From Hyphomonadaceae bacterium (GTDB lineage Bacteria; Pseudomonadota; Alphaproteobacteria; Caulobacterales; Hyphomonadaceae), in the NCBI GenBank assembly GCA_947474455.1, contig CANJIL010000006.1, forward strand, positions 4,037 to 68,036: a DNA stretch of 64,000 nucleotides, in the 5' to 3' direction. Below are positions 9,569-18,777 of this stretch, in pieces (the stretch's first letter is position 1; every line of letters starts with the position of its first letter). Made by a program: the position numbers and the translations under genes. The notes beneath the pieces were generated by a model, which saw only the letters and a program-made list of their open reading frames with translations, made no database searches and was not told the origin of the DNA.

Positions 9569-10276
9569 TTACAGGACCTTCTTGATCGAGAAGATCACGC
9601 GATCGTCGTAGATCGGAACATTGTCCACGTCCGTGCCGACATAGCGGAGGTCGAAGCCAAGGCCCGCGGCGGAGTAGGTGCCGCCGACGTTCCAGGTCGT
9701 GTACTCGTCTTCGCCGCCGAAGAAGCCGGGGGTATCGACGTTCTGCATGCCGACCGCGCCAGAGAAGGAGAGTTCGGGGCTGGCCACAAACGCGCCGTTC
9801 ACTTCGTAGTACCAGGCATCGCCCGTCTCGTTCTGGAAGTCCGGCGAGTAGGAAATGTTGCCGCCGAGCGTGAACTGGCTGGACAGGGCGATCGAGGGCT
9901 TGAAGTAAACTTCGTAGAAGTCGAGGTCGCCGCCGACATCGTCATCCGCGCTCGGGTACAGATAGCCGAGAACGCCGATATCCATTGCGACCGGGCCAGC
10001 AGCAAACTTGTAGCCGCCATAAACGTCCAACTCCATGTTGGCGCCGCCATAGCCTGGGAAGTTGATGTTCGACGCCCATGTGCCGACATAGAGGCCCGAG
10101 CCGCCGAACGCGACGTCGAAGCCGCCCTGAACGGCGGGAGCTTCCGTCGTCTGCGAAATGCCGCGGAAGGCATAGTCGGACGTGAGGGCGATGTTGCCCG
10201 TTACGGTGACGTCCTGTGCGAACGCGGGAGCGGCCGCGGCCACTGCTATAAATCCAGATACCAAGAGGTTGCGCAT
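9569..10276 (-). CDS. TorF-family putative outer-membrane porin (TIGR02001-like)
   Basis: 235 aa. Signal peptide ..AAAPAFAQD, then GNIALTSDYAFRGISQT..PAVQGGFD and alternating beta-strand pattern, ending in an aromatic-rich strand. Confidence 0.75.
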   Translation of the reverse strand: MRNLLVSGFIAVAAAAPAFAQDVTVTGNIALTSDYAFRGISQTTEAPAVQGGFDVAFGGSGLYVGTWASNINFPGYGGANMELDVYGGYKFAAGPVAMDIGVLGYLYPSADDDVGGDLDFYEVYFKPSIALSSQFTLGGNISYSPDFQNETGDAWYYEVNGAFVASPELSFSGAVGMQNVDTPGFFGGEDEYTTWNVGGTYSAAGLGFDLRYVGTDVDNVPIYDDRVIFSIKKVL

Positions 10277-10622
10277 TATTAGATCCTTTTCCCCTCACGT
10301 TGAACCGACCCGCAGACGCGGCTTTATGCAGGCCGGGCGCGCTGGGGCACGCACCCGTCCTCTGCAGATGACCTTGGCGATTGGCGGGAACACACAGGAA
10401 GCAGATCAGCCAAACCCGGGCCGCCTCCCTCCCAAGCGCACAAATTCATGACAGCCCTTGGGGCAACCGCCTCAATATTAGGCGGTGAACTGGCGGCAAC
10501 TCGTGCCAGACGAGATGGATTTCGCTGGTGATTACAGCAAACTCCCGGGAAGACTCGATCCGGCGTCGATCGAATCGGTGGCCGGTATTGCGGAAACAAT
10601 CCGCGTGAGCCATCTGGTGCGC

Positions 10623-11090
10623 ATGAATTCACCTTCAAAACCTCCCGGACTGACACAGCTCGGCGGACTGGCGCCGCAGCCGGCATCACCTGACCAGGCT
10701 GTGCTAGAACGCGTGGCAAATCCTCACCCCGGCACTCTTTATCTGGCGCGCTTTGCCGCCCCCGAATTCACGTCGCTCTGCCCCGTCACCGGCCAGCCCG
10801 ACTTTGCCCATCTCGTCATTGATTATGCGCCTGCTGCCTGGATCGTGGAGAGCAAGAGCCTCAAGCTCTATCTCACCTCCTTCCGCAACCACGGCGGCTT
10901 CCACGAAGACTGTACGGTCGCGATCGGCAAACGCCTCGTCGACACACTAGCGCCGACCTGGCTCCGCATCGCCGGCTACTGGTACCCGCGTGGCGGCATG
11001 CCCATCGACGTCTTCTGGCAGACCGGCAAGGCGCCAGACGCTCTCTGGGTCCCCGACACCGGCGCTGTGCCCTACCGTGGCAGGGGCTAG
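10623..11090 (+). CDS. queF: NADPH-dependent 7-cyano-7-deazaguanine (preQ0) reductase
   Basis: Track ORF 10485..11090. The catalytic-Cys motif [13 protein letters not shown] and the QueF motif ESKSLKLYL are present. The internal ATG at 10623 gives the usual ~155 aa type-I size. Confidence 0.9.
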   Translation: MNSPSKPPGLTQLGGLAPQPASPDQAVLERVANPHPGTLYLARFAAPEFTSLCPVTGQPDFAHLVIDYAPAAWIVESKSLKLYLTSFRNHGGFHEDCTVAIGKRLVDTLAPTWLRIAGYWYPRGGMPIDVFWQTGKAPDALWVPDTGAVPYRGRG

Positions 11091-11155
11091 CAACCACGAG
11101 GACGTGCTCACCACACACCGTTGCCCACACAAGCGCGGCGCCCCATACGACCGCC

Positions 11156-11917
11156 ATGCGCGGAGCCATCGCCTCAATCTATCGTCACCCGGTAAAGGGT
11201 CTCACGCCCGAACCGATGCGCTCGGTGAGGCTCGAGGCCGGCGCCTATTTCCCGCACGACCGCGAATACGCCATCGAGGTTGGCCCCTCGCGCTTCGATC
11301 GGGAAAATCCAACCCACATCCCGAAACAGCGCTTCACTGTTCTTGCGCGCTTCCCCTCACTTGCTCGCGTGAAGACGCGCCTCGATGATGCGACGGGCCT
11401 GTTCCATATCGGGGATGCCCACGGCTTCGGCATCGAGACGAAACTCACCACCTCTGATGGCCGCGACGCGCTCGAGCGTTTCCTGCAGGCTTTCCTTGGC
11501 GAGGATGCGTCGGGAAGACTCCGGGTGCTCGAAAGTCCCTGCGGACATCGCTTCATGGATCACCCGCAGGGCCATGTCTCGGTGATGAACCTCGCCAGCG
11601 TCCGTGCGGTGGAGCAGGCGGTCGGCCAGCTCCTGGATCCGCTCCGCTTACGCGCCAACATATATGTCGATGGTCTCAAGCCATGGGCCGAAGACGAATG
11701 GGCGTTCGGCCAGAGGATCCGCGCCGGCGAAGCGGAACTCGCCATGTTCAAACCCATCGTCCGCTGCGTCGCCACCCACGTGAACCTAGACACGGGCGAG
11801 CGCGACATCGACATGGTCGGCCAACTCCGCGATCACTTCGGCCGCGACACGCTCGGCCACTATGTCTCGGTCGCCGCGAGCGGAGAGGTCGCAACTGAGG
11901 CTGAATTCGTGGCGTGA
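11156..11917 (+). CDS. MOSC domain-containing protein (YcbX-like)
   Basis: 253 aa. IYRHPVKGLTPE at the N-terminus (MOSC_N beta-barrel), and RANIYVDG..FKPIVRCVATHVN with the conserved Cys of MOSC. Confidence 0.8.
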   Translation: MRGAIASIYRHPVKGLTPEPMRSVRLEAGAYFPHDREYAIEVGPSRFDRENPTHIPKQRFTVLARFPSLARVKTRLDDATGLFHIGDAHGFGIETKLTTSDGRDALERFLQAFLGEDASGRLRVLESPCGHRFMDHPQGHVSVMNLASVRAVEQAVGQLLDPLRLRANIYVDGLKPWAEDEWAFGQRIRAGEAELAMFKPIVRCVATHVNLDTGERDIDMVGQLRDHFGRDTLGHYVSVAASGEVATEAEFVA

Positions 11918-12012
11918 AGTCTGTGCGTCCGCCCCATGGTTCGACGGACGTACGCTCACGCGTGCTGCTCACCACCGGGGCGTGGTAACGAACGCGAGCA
12001 ACAAGGGGAGTC

Positions 12013-12035
12013 ATCCTCGGGCTCGTCCCGAGGAT
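12013..12035. repeat. short perfect palindrome (ATCCTCGGG-N5-CCCGAGGAT), REP-like
   Basis: Seen directly. A second looser palindrome lies at about 12081-12109 (GTCACTCTCGGGGCAAGCCCGAAAATGAC). Both sit in the 690-bp gene-free gap. Confidence 0.4.
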
Positions 12036-12199
12036 CAGACAACGGGGGGCTGGCGACGAATGCCACCGCAGCAACCCGGCGTCACTCTCGGGGCAAGCCC
12101 GAAAATGACGGCGCGAGCGACCAACGCCCGAAGCGCCAGTGCGGGGCGGGCGTGATAGCCGCCGCCGGCCATCGACTGCCCCAGCTCGCGTCACGGGAC

Positions 12200-12208
12200 T
12201 TATCCACA
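12200..12208 (+). promoter_or_regulatory. perfect consensus DnaA box TTATCCACA
   Basis: Exact 9-mer. A 7/9 relative (ATCTCCACA) lies at about 12269-12277. Function not established. Confidence 0.3.
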
Positions 12209-12607
12209 GAACGTGGTTTCCGCAGCGTTTTCTGCAAAAAACACCGTCTCAAATCGCTGTTATTGTGAATCTCCACAGGGTGTTGCCCAAAGGCTGCCCC
12301 AGCCTATCTGGAGTCCTCAGGTCGACCCAATCGGCCGCAAAAATGGGGCTAATCGTAAACGCGGAAGTTAACGCAGCTCGCCTGCCAGGAGATCCGGGAC
12401 CGAGCCGGCAGCCCTTGGCGCGGGATTTGCGAGACACCCCAAACCAAACCCCGGGCTTGCCCGGTAACAAAGGGCCATCTAGGTCGGCTGGACGTCGCGC
12501 AGTCACATAATCGAACAGCGACGGGGATCGGTTGGAGTGTCACTTCCGGACGCGCGCGGGCGTCCAAGCCGCATTGTTGGTTTACGAAGATTAAGGGGAA
12601 GCCTGGG

Positions 12608-13663
12608 GTGTTAAACCTCCCGAAAGCTCTCGGACTTATCCTGGCTCACATGCAGACCGCGGCAACAGCGGTCGTCACGTGGTGGTCGAGGATGTCTGTA
12701 GCCGACAAACGGCAGACCCGTCAGCGCGTGCTGACGATCGGCGCCTGCGCGGCCGTGTTCGCTTTCGGCGGGCCCCTCATTGCCCAGCGTTTCGGCGACC
12801 AGAAGGCCCAGGAGGCCTATCGTGCCGACGCTATCGTTCTCGCTCAATCGATCGCCGCCGAAGCCGCAGCCGACAGTCAGCAGCCCGTCCGCCTCGTCTC
12901 CTTCACCAACAAGGCCAGCCCGGCAGCGCTTCTCGATCATGTCTCCCACACTCCAGCCGCCGCCGACCCCGGCGTTAGCTTGCGCTCGCGCGATAGTTTC
13001 GCCATCCGCGGCCTTGTTGGCTTCACGCTTGAGAACCTCGGCAATGGTCGCAACGGGCAGGACGAGGCCGATTGCCTCGCCGAGGCCGTTTACTACGAGG
13101 CCCGCTCGGAAGACACGATCGGCCAGATGGCCGTCGCCGAAGTCGTCATGAACCGCGTGCGCGACCCGCGCTTCCCCAAGACCGTGTGCGCCGTGGTTTA
13201 TCAGGGCCAGTACCGCGACACCGGCTGCCAGTTCACCTTCACCTGCGATGGCTCCCTCGCGCATAAGCCGGAGCGAGAAGCCTGGGACCGGGCCAAGGCC
13301 GTGGCGCTCAACGTGATGCTCGGCCTCAACAAGCCCGTCACCAACCAGGCGACCCACTATCACACCGACTATGTGAACCCGTACTGGAAGGCGGGCATGG
13401 TCGAGACGGATGTCGTCGGCACGCACATCTTCTACCGCTTCCCGAGGACCGGCAAAGAGTGGACCGGCGCCCGCATCGCGCTTGAAGCGCAGGAGATGCA
13501 GGAAAGCATTGTCCCGGCGCCTGTCTTACTCACGGTGGGCGGCGAGGAACCTGCCACGCTCGAAGCGTCGGTAACCGGCTCGCTCGTTCCGGTATCGGTC
13601 GAGCCAGCCGACATCCCGGCCATCGTGCCTGCGACCCAAGTCGCCGACACTCGGCCGCTCTAA
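12608..13663 (+). CDS. cell-wall hydrolase, SleB/Hydrolase_2 domain, with N-terminal membrane anchor
   Basis: 351 aa. CLAEAVYYEARSE..QMAVAEVVMNRV..FPKTVCAVVYQ..QFTFTCDG..ATHYHTDYVNPYW is the SleB-type domain. GTG start at 12608; later starts are possible. Confidence 0.8.
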   Translation: MLNLPKALGLILAHMQTAATAVVTWWSRMSVADKRQTRQRVLTIGACAAVFAFGGPLIAQRFGDQKAQEAYRADAIVLAQSIAAEAAADSQQPVRLVSFTNKASPAALLDHVSHTPAAADPGVSLRSRDSFAIRGLVGFTLENLGNGRNGQDEADCLAEAVYYEARSEDTIGQMAVAEVVMNRVRDPRFPKTVCAVVYQGQYRDTGCQFTFTCDGSLAHKPEREAWDRAKAVALNVMLGLNKPVTNQATHYHTDYVNPYWKAGMVETDVVGTHIFYRFPRTGKEWTGARIALEAQEMQESIVPAPVLLTVGGEEPATLEASVTGSLVPVSVEPADIPAIVPATQVADTRPL

Positions 13664-14523
13664 CTCTCGAAGTCCAATCCAACATCAAGATTGATCGCCG
13701 AGTGGGTCAGCGCGCCCGCAGAAATGTAATCCACGCCGGTCAGCGCGATTGCCTTGACCGTCTCAAGCCGAACGCCGCCTGAAGCTTCGGTCTTGGCAAT
13801 ATCACCAACGATCTCCACAGCCTCCGTCAGCATCGCCACAGACATGTTATCGAGCAGCACCGCATCCGGCCTGTAGGGCAGGGCCTCGCGCAGCTGCCCC
13901 AGCCCATCCACCTCGATCTCGATTGCGCGCAGATGCCCAACCGCCGCCCGCGCTCGCTTGAGGGCGGTCGCAACCCCGCCCGCGGCCGCAATATGATTGT
14001 CTTTGATCAGGATCGCATCATCCAGCCCCAGCCTGTGGTTCAACCCGCCGCCCAGCCGCACCGCGCGCTTCTCCAGCGCCCGGAACCCTGGCGTCGTCTT
14101 CCGAGTGCAGGTGACCTTGGCATTCGTTCCTTTCGCTTCAGCCACGAAGCGCGATGTCAGCGTGGCGACGCCCGACAGTGAGCCGACAAAGTTCAGCATC
14201 ACGCGCTCGGCCATCAGAACCGATCGCGCCGATCCTTCGACCCGGACGAGTGCATCGCCCTTGGCGAACGGCACGCCCTCTTGAACCAGGGTCGTCCACA
14301 CCGCCTCCGGATCGACCAGGCGCAGCGCCAGCCGCGCCGCATCATAGCCGGCGGCGACACCCCCCTCCCGCGCCGCCATCACCGCACGCATGCGGGCGCC
14401 GCCGGGGATCACCGCATCGGTCGTGATGTCTCCCCCCCGTCCGAAGTCTTCGGTGAGGGCGAGGCGAACGAGCGGCTCGATGATAACGTCGGGCAAGAAA
14501 GGAATGGGCAGGAGGTCGCTCAC
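13660..14523 (-). CDS. nadC: nicotinate-nucleotide pyrophosphorylase (carboxylating)
   Basis: Track ORF 13660..14643. A GTG at 14523 preceded by GGAAGGAG lies 1 nt after the nadB TGA and gives ~287 aa. LTEDFGRGGDITT and the C-terminal TIM-barrel motifs are present. Confidence 0.9.
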   Translation of the reverse strand: MSDLLPIPFLPDVIIEPLVRLALTEDFGRGGDITTDAVIPGGARMRAVMAAREGGVAAGYDAARLALRLVDPEAVWTTLVQEGVPFAKGDALVRVEGSARSVLMAERVMLNFVGSLSGVATLTSRFVAEAKGTNAKVTCTRKTTPGFRALEKRAVRLGGGLNHRLGLDDAILIKDNHIAAAGGVATALKRARAAVGHLRAIEIEVDGLGQLREALPYRPDAVLLDNMSVAMLTEAVEIVGDIAKTEASGGVRLETVKAIALTGVDYISAGALTHSAINLDVGLDFES

Positions 14524-14524
14524 G

Positions 14525-16054
14525 TCAGACTCCTTCCGCGATTGCGGAATGCTGGATAAGGGGATCGCCGTCATCGCCACGGCGGATGAAGGTGCGATGG
14601 GGCGCAAGCGTCTCCGGATAATCCGACCGGTAGTGTCCGCCACGGCTCTCCAGCCGCGCCAGCGCTCCCGCCGCGATCAGCCGCGCCGCCATCAGGGCCC
14701 GCGCCGGCCCCACATTCGCGAACGCCGCCTCCATCCAGCCTAGCGTCGCCGCCAATCCGCGCGCCTCACGCACCACGCCCACTTGCGAATGCATCCGCTT
14801 GCGCAGCTCGATCATCGACAGCTCATTCATCTCCGGCGGCGCAATCGCGCTGGCGCCAATCGGTGGTGTCAGCGTTGCGCCCTTCAGTCTGCGCGCAGCC
14901 CGCTCAGCGAACACAACAGCTTCAAGCAGCGAGTTCGACGCCAGCCTGTTCGCGCCATGCGCACCGGTCGAAGCGCTCTCGCCGCAGGCTGACAGGCCCT
15001 CAAGCGAGGTCCGCGCCCACAGGTCCGTCACCACCCCGCCCATGTGATAGTGCATCGCCGGCGCAACCGGTATCGGCGCCACGCGGGGATCGACGCCTGC
15101 CGAACTGCAAGCGGCGAACACGGTGGGGAAATGATCCGGGAAATGCGCGCCGATGGCCTTGCGGCAATCGAGAAACGCCCCGCGTCCTGCTTCCCGTTCG
15201 GCGTGGATCGCGCGCGCAACCTCGTCGCGCGGCGCCAGGTCGCCAAGCTTGTGATAGTCGCCCATGAAGGCGCGGCCAGTCGCATCGATGAGATGCGCGC
15301 CCTCGCCACGCAGCGCTTCGGTCGCCAGAGGCGCCGGGTCGCGACCGATGTCGATTGCCGTTGGGTGGAACTGTACGAACTCCGGATCGCCAATCAGCGC
15401 ACCTGCGCTATAGGCCATCGCCACTGCATCGCCCTGCGAGGATTTTGGATTGGTGGTGATCGCATAGAGTCCGCCCGATCCGCCCGCGCACAGGATTGTC
15501 TCTGCTGCACGAAGCTGGAAAGGGGCGCCGGCCTTCCAACGCGCCAGCACGCCAGCCACGCGCCCATTCGAATCCTGCAGGAGCGCCAGCGCTTTCACCC
15601 CCTCAATCATCTCGATGTGGGAGGATGCGGAGACAGCATAGGCAAGCGCTTCCATGATCGCCTTGCCGGCAAGGTCGCCAGACACCCGCGCCACACGCGC
15701 GCGCGAATGCGCCGCCTCAAGCGACAACGCCAGCTCGCCATCGGCGGTGCGGTCGAAGGGGACTCCAAGCTCCAGCAGGTCGCACACGCGCGCCGGTCCA
15801 TCCTGCGCGATCAGCTTGGCCACGACCGGATCAACAATGCCTGCGCCTGCGGCGAGCGTGTCGGACGCGTGTAGCGAGGGTTCATCCTCGAGCGACAGCG
15901 CTGCGGCAAGGCCGCCCTGCGCCCAGGCGGATGCAGCCGCCTGTCCGATGGGTGCGAGCGCGATGACGGTGCATCGCCGTGGCGCCAGTTTGAGCGCGAG
16001 GAAAAGGCCAGCCAGTCCTCCGCCGACGATGAGGATGTCGCGAGTGGACGTCAA
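14525..16054 (-). CDS. nadB: L-aspartate oxidase
   Basis: 509 aa. FAD motif DILIVGGGLAGLFLAL, RSHSxxAQGG-like region, HYxMGG (HYHMGGV), LESRGGHYR near the C-terminus. Confidence 0.93.
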   Translation of the reverse strand: MTSTRDILIVGGGLAGLFLALKLAPRRCTVIALAPIGQAAASAWAQGGLAAALSLEDEPSLHASDTLAAGAGIVDPVVAKLIAQDGPARVCDLLELGVPFDRTADGELALSLEAAHSRARVARVSGDLAGKAIMEALAYAVSASSHIEMIEGVKALALLQDSNGRVAGVLARWKAGAPFQLRAAETILCAGGSGGLYAITTNPKSSQGDAVAMAYSAGALIGDPEFVQFHPTAIDIGRDPAPLATEALRGEGAHLIDATGRAFMGDYHKLGDLAPRDEVARAIHAEREAGRGAFLDCRKAIGAHFPDHFPTVFAACSSAGVDPRVAPIPVAPAMHYHMGGVVTDLWARTSLEGLSACGESASTGAHGANRLASNSLLEAVVFAERAARRLKGATLTPPIGASAIAPPEMNELSMIELRKRMHSQVGVVREARGLAATLGWMEAAFANVGPARALMAARLIAAGALARLESRGGHYRSDYPETLAPHRTFIRRGDDGDPLIQHSAIAEGV

Positions 16055-16061
16055 GGGATCA

Positions 16062-16535
16062 TCACCCGACCAGATCCAGACGCTTGCGGAATTTCACGGG
16101 AGCCTGACCATACGATTTGAACATCCCATCCATCTCGTCGCCCCGCCAGTTGATCTTCACGGAGAAATGGTCGGCCGCGTAGCGTTCGCGCATCAAGTCC
16201 AGCATATCGGCGGGCTCGACATTGGCGATCTTGTCCACGTGGCTGGTGATCGTTACGTCGTAACCTGTCTGCATGGCGACGCAGCTCTGCTCGGTGTGTA
16301 CTGCCTTCGGCAGGCGAAGCGTGCAGGCCCACACGGCTTTGAATGTGCATTTGTAAGCCTTGTCCGCCGTTTGCGTGATCGTCATGTCGCCATCCAGAGT
16401 GCAGCCATAGCCCATCGGTTTGGTCTTGAACCCCCAGCTGCCGACAGGCGTAGGCGCCTTCTTCATCTGCGCATCGGCGCTTTGCAATGCGAGCGTTGCC
16501 GCGACGATGCAGGGTATGGTGGTGCGCCATGTCAC
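16062..16535 (-). CDS. exported 4-Cys protein, paralog 3 of 3 (unknown family)
   Basis: 157 aa. Signal peptide ..ATLALQSADA, then GSWGFKT, CTLDGDMTITQT, YKCTF, C, QSCVA, and ends DLVG. GTG start overlaps the stop of the upstream paralog (GTGA). Its stop is 7 nt before the nadB start. Confidence 0.7.
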   Translation of the reverse strand: MTWRTTIPCIVAATLALQSADAQMKKAPTPVGSWGFKTKPMGYGCTLDGDMTITQTADKAYKCTFKAVWACTLRLPKAVHTEQSCVAMQTGYDVTITSHVDKIANVEPADMLDLMRERYAADHFSVKINWRGDEMDGMFKSYGQAPVKFRKRLDLVG

Positions 16536-17017
16536 CCGACGAGATCCTGGTCGCGCCAGAAACGGACGCCCGCCTCGCGGGTGGAGTGGAAGACGCCAAT
16601 CAGCTCGCTCTTCTCCGGGCGCACCTTGAAATGATCTGGAGCGTAGGCCTGCGTGGCGAACATCGAGGTTTTGAAATCAGCCGGGCCGGCATCGAGGATG
16701 CGATCGATGGTCGAGGTGATAACGATCTCGCCCTTTTCCATCTTCGCTGTGCAGGACTGCTGCACCCTGGTGAAGGTGGGCCCTTCCGCGCGGGCGCAGT
16801 CCTCACGGCTGACGAATCTGCACGCATAATCGCTCGTCTTCGCAGTGCGTGTGAACGTAATGTCGCCGGTGATGATGCAGCCCTTGTTGGGCAGCACGTC
16901 GGTCTTGAACTTCCATGCGCCGGAAATGTCCGTCTGCATCTGCGCCGACGCCGGCCCGGCGGAGACGAGACCAACGGCGAGAATGGCCGCGAGGCCGAGA
17001 CGTCGAGCGCGCTTCAT
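16532..17017 (-). CDS. exported 4-Cys protein, paralog 2 of 3 (unknown family)
   Basis: 161 aa. Signal peptide MKRARRLGLAAILAVGLVSAGPASA, then GAWKFKT, CIITGDITFTRT, YACRF, C, QQSCTA, RFWRDQDLVG at the C-terminus. Confidence 0.75.
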   Translation of the reverse strand: MKRARRLGLAAILAVGLVSAGPASAQMQTDISGAWKFKTDVLPNKGCIITGDITFTRTAKTSDYACRFVSREDCARAEGPTFTRVQQSCTAKMEKGEIVITSTIDRILDAGPADFKTSMFATQAYAPDHFKVRPEKSELIGVFHSTREAGVRFWRDQDLVG

Positions 17018-17038
17018 GTCGTCCCCGCGATCGCCATG

Positions 17039-17518
17039 CTATCCGACCAGTTCGACATCGCGCCAGAACCGCGCCTTCAGGTGGCGCTGTTCGTCGTAAT
17101 GCTCGCCGTTCATCTCAGCCTTGTTGTTAGACAGCTGCACAATGAAGTTGTCAGCGAGATACCAGTCTTCGGGATTTGGAACCGCCGGGCGGCGTTCGAT
17201 CACCTTGTTGACTTTCGATTTGATCGCGACCTGCTTGCCGATGCGCTGCGCGGTGCACGACTGCTGCACCTTGATGTACAAATTGCCGTTGATCTTCCCG
17301 CAGATCTGCTCGGACACGAACAGGCAGGTGTAGGTGTTCTTGATCTTGGTCTGGGTGAAGGTCATCCGGCCGGTGATCTGGCAGTCGTTGTCAGCGAACT
17401 TCGACGTGTCGAACAACCAGTCGCCCGCGATGTCATCCGCAAACGCCGGCATGGCGGCGGTCAGCACCATGGTGCAGCCAAAGATTGCCGCCAGCCGTTT
17501 GAGCGCGCTGCGCTTCAT
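17039..17518 (-). CDS. exported 4-Cys protein, paralog 1 of 3 (unknown family)
   Basis: Internal ATG of track ORF 17039..17722 gives 159 aa. MKRSALKRLAAIFGCTMVLTAAMPAFA, then GDWLFDT, CQITGRMTFTQT, YTCLF, C, QQSCTA, RFWRDVELVG. The ATG overlaps the nadA TGA (ATGA at 17515-17518). Confidence 0.75.
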   Translation of the reverse strand: MKRSALKRLAAIFGCTMVLTAAMPAFADDIAGDWLFDTSKFADNDCQITGRMTFTQTKIKNTYTCLFVSEQICGKINGNLYIKVQQSCTAQRIGKQVAIKSKVNKVIERRPAVPNPEDWYLADNFIVQLSNNKAEMNGEHYDEQRHLKARFWRDVELVG

Positions 17519-18657
17519 ATGATCTCGACCGGAACGAAGACGTCGCGCCCCACCTTGAACTTCGGAAACACTTTCGGCTGCTTCAGCGCGAGCATCGCGT
17601 CGATCGCGGCCTTGGCGCGAATGCGGATGTCCTCCGGCACCGTCACCTCGTGCTTCATGTGCAGGAGAGCGTCGTAGATGTTCTCCAGCGAGATGCGCTT
17701 CATGTGCGGGCAGAGGTTGCATGGCTTCACGAACTCCACGCCGGGGTTGTCCGCGGCGACGTTATCGCTCATCGAACATTCGGTCAGGAGGACGACCTTC
17801 CGGGCGCCGGACTCCTTGACGTGGTTCGACAGGGCCGATGTTGAGCCTGCAAAGTCGGCTTCTTCAAGGACATCCGGAGGACATTCCGGGTGCGCCAGCA
17901 CAATGGTTCCCGGGTGGGCGTCACGGATTTGCCGCACATCCTCGCCCGTGAACTTCTCGTGGACCTCACAATGACCCTTCCATGCGATGATTTTCACGTC
18001 CGTGTTGGCGGAGACGTTGCGGGCGAGGAACTCGTCGGGAACCATGATTACACGGTCGACGCCCCACTCTCTGGAGACATGTTCCACGACCTGCGTCGCG
18101 TTGGACGAGGTGCAGGTGATGTCGCATTCGGCTTTCACATCAGCCGTCGTGTTGACGTAGGTGACGATCGGCAGGCCGGGGTATTCCTTCCGGATCAGGC
18201 GCACGTCCGCCCCCGTGATCGAGGACGCCAGCGAGCATCCCGCGCGCATGTCGGGGATCAGCACTGTCTTGTCAGGGCTCAGGATTTTCGAGGTTTCGGC
18301 CATGAAATGCACGCCGGCCTGGACGATGACCTTCGCGTTGGTTTTCGCGGCTTCCCGGGCGAGCTGGAGCGAGTCGCCACGGAAATCGCCGACCAGACGG
18401 AAGACGTCCGGCGTCATGTAATTGTGGGCGAGGATAACGGCGCCGCGCTGCTTCTTGAGCTTGTTGATGTGGAACACGAAGGGCGCGACCGCCGGCCACT
18501 CCATCGGCGTCACGAAGTCCTTCACCTGCTCATAAAGGTGGTCCACAGCGGCCTTCACCTCGTCGGTGTAGGCAAGCCCGCGTTTCTCTGCGGCGGTGGG
18601 CCTGCGGCGGGCGGCGGGTATATCGCAGCCGGGACCGAATTCGATAACGCGGGCCAT
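17515..18657 (-). CDS. nadA: quinolinate synthase
   Basis: Track ORF 17515..18792. The ATG at 18657 (MARVIEFGPG..) is preceded by GGAAGGA. The 45 upstream codons contain two palindromic boxes and look like a leader. AVILAHNYM, VHFMAETSKIL and CPHMK-type motifs are present. Confidence 0.9.
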   Translation of the reverse strand: MARVIEFGPGCDIPAARRRPTAAEKRGLAYTDEVKAAVDHLYEQVKDFVTPMEWPAVAPFVFHINKLKKQRGAVILAHNYMTPDVFRLVGDFRGDSLQLAREAAKTNAKVIVQAGVHFMAETSKILSPDKTVLIPDMRAGCSLASSITGADVRLIRKEYPGLPIVTYVNTTADVKAECDITCTSSNATQVVEHVSREWGVDRVIMVPDEFLARNVSANTDVKIIAWKGHCEVHEKFTGEDVRQIRDAHPGTIVLAHPECPPDVLEEADFAGSTSALSNHVKESGARKVVLLTECSMSDNVAADNPGVEFVKPCNLCPHMKRISLENIYDALLHMKHEVTVPEDIRIRAKAAIDAMLALKQPKVFPKFKVGRDVFVPVEII

Positions 18658-18698
18658 ATCAGTCCTTCCGGCTCCGACAGGGCGGGGATCGCCATTGT

Positions 18699-18715
18699 AC
18701 TCATAGTGAGCATAA
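18699..18715 (-). promoter_or_regulatory. candidate NadQ operator, proximal box (TTATGCTCA-CTA-TGAGT on coding strand)
   Basis: Imperfect palindrome CTCA-N3-TGAG flanked by TTATG, centred about 50 nt upstream of the nadA ATG at 18657. Near-identical to the box at 18778-18794. Confidence 0.5.
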
Positions 18716-18777
18716 GATGGGCCCGAAAAAATGCCTTTCAAGCGAAAGGCGGCATCCGGTTTGTCAGCCCCACTTAA

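Noticed and set aside
10277-10622. 345-bp region between the porin and queF, checked for a preQ1 or cobalamin riboswitch.
   Set aside because: No preQ1-I/II consensus, no B12 box. Only a 7-bp hairpin (ACCGCCT..AGGCGGT near 10470-10490). Nothing supportable.
11918-12607. Considered chromosomal origin (oriC), tmRNA, SRP RNA, RNase P or a riboswitch in the 690-bp gap.
   Set aside because: There is only one exact DnaA box and no dnaA/hemE/parAB context. No tRNA-like T-arm/CCA end, tag reading frame, SRP GGAA-type domain-IV motif or RNase P GAGGAAAGTCC motif is visible by eye. Needs Infernal to be sure.
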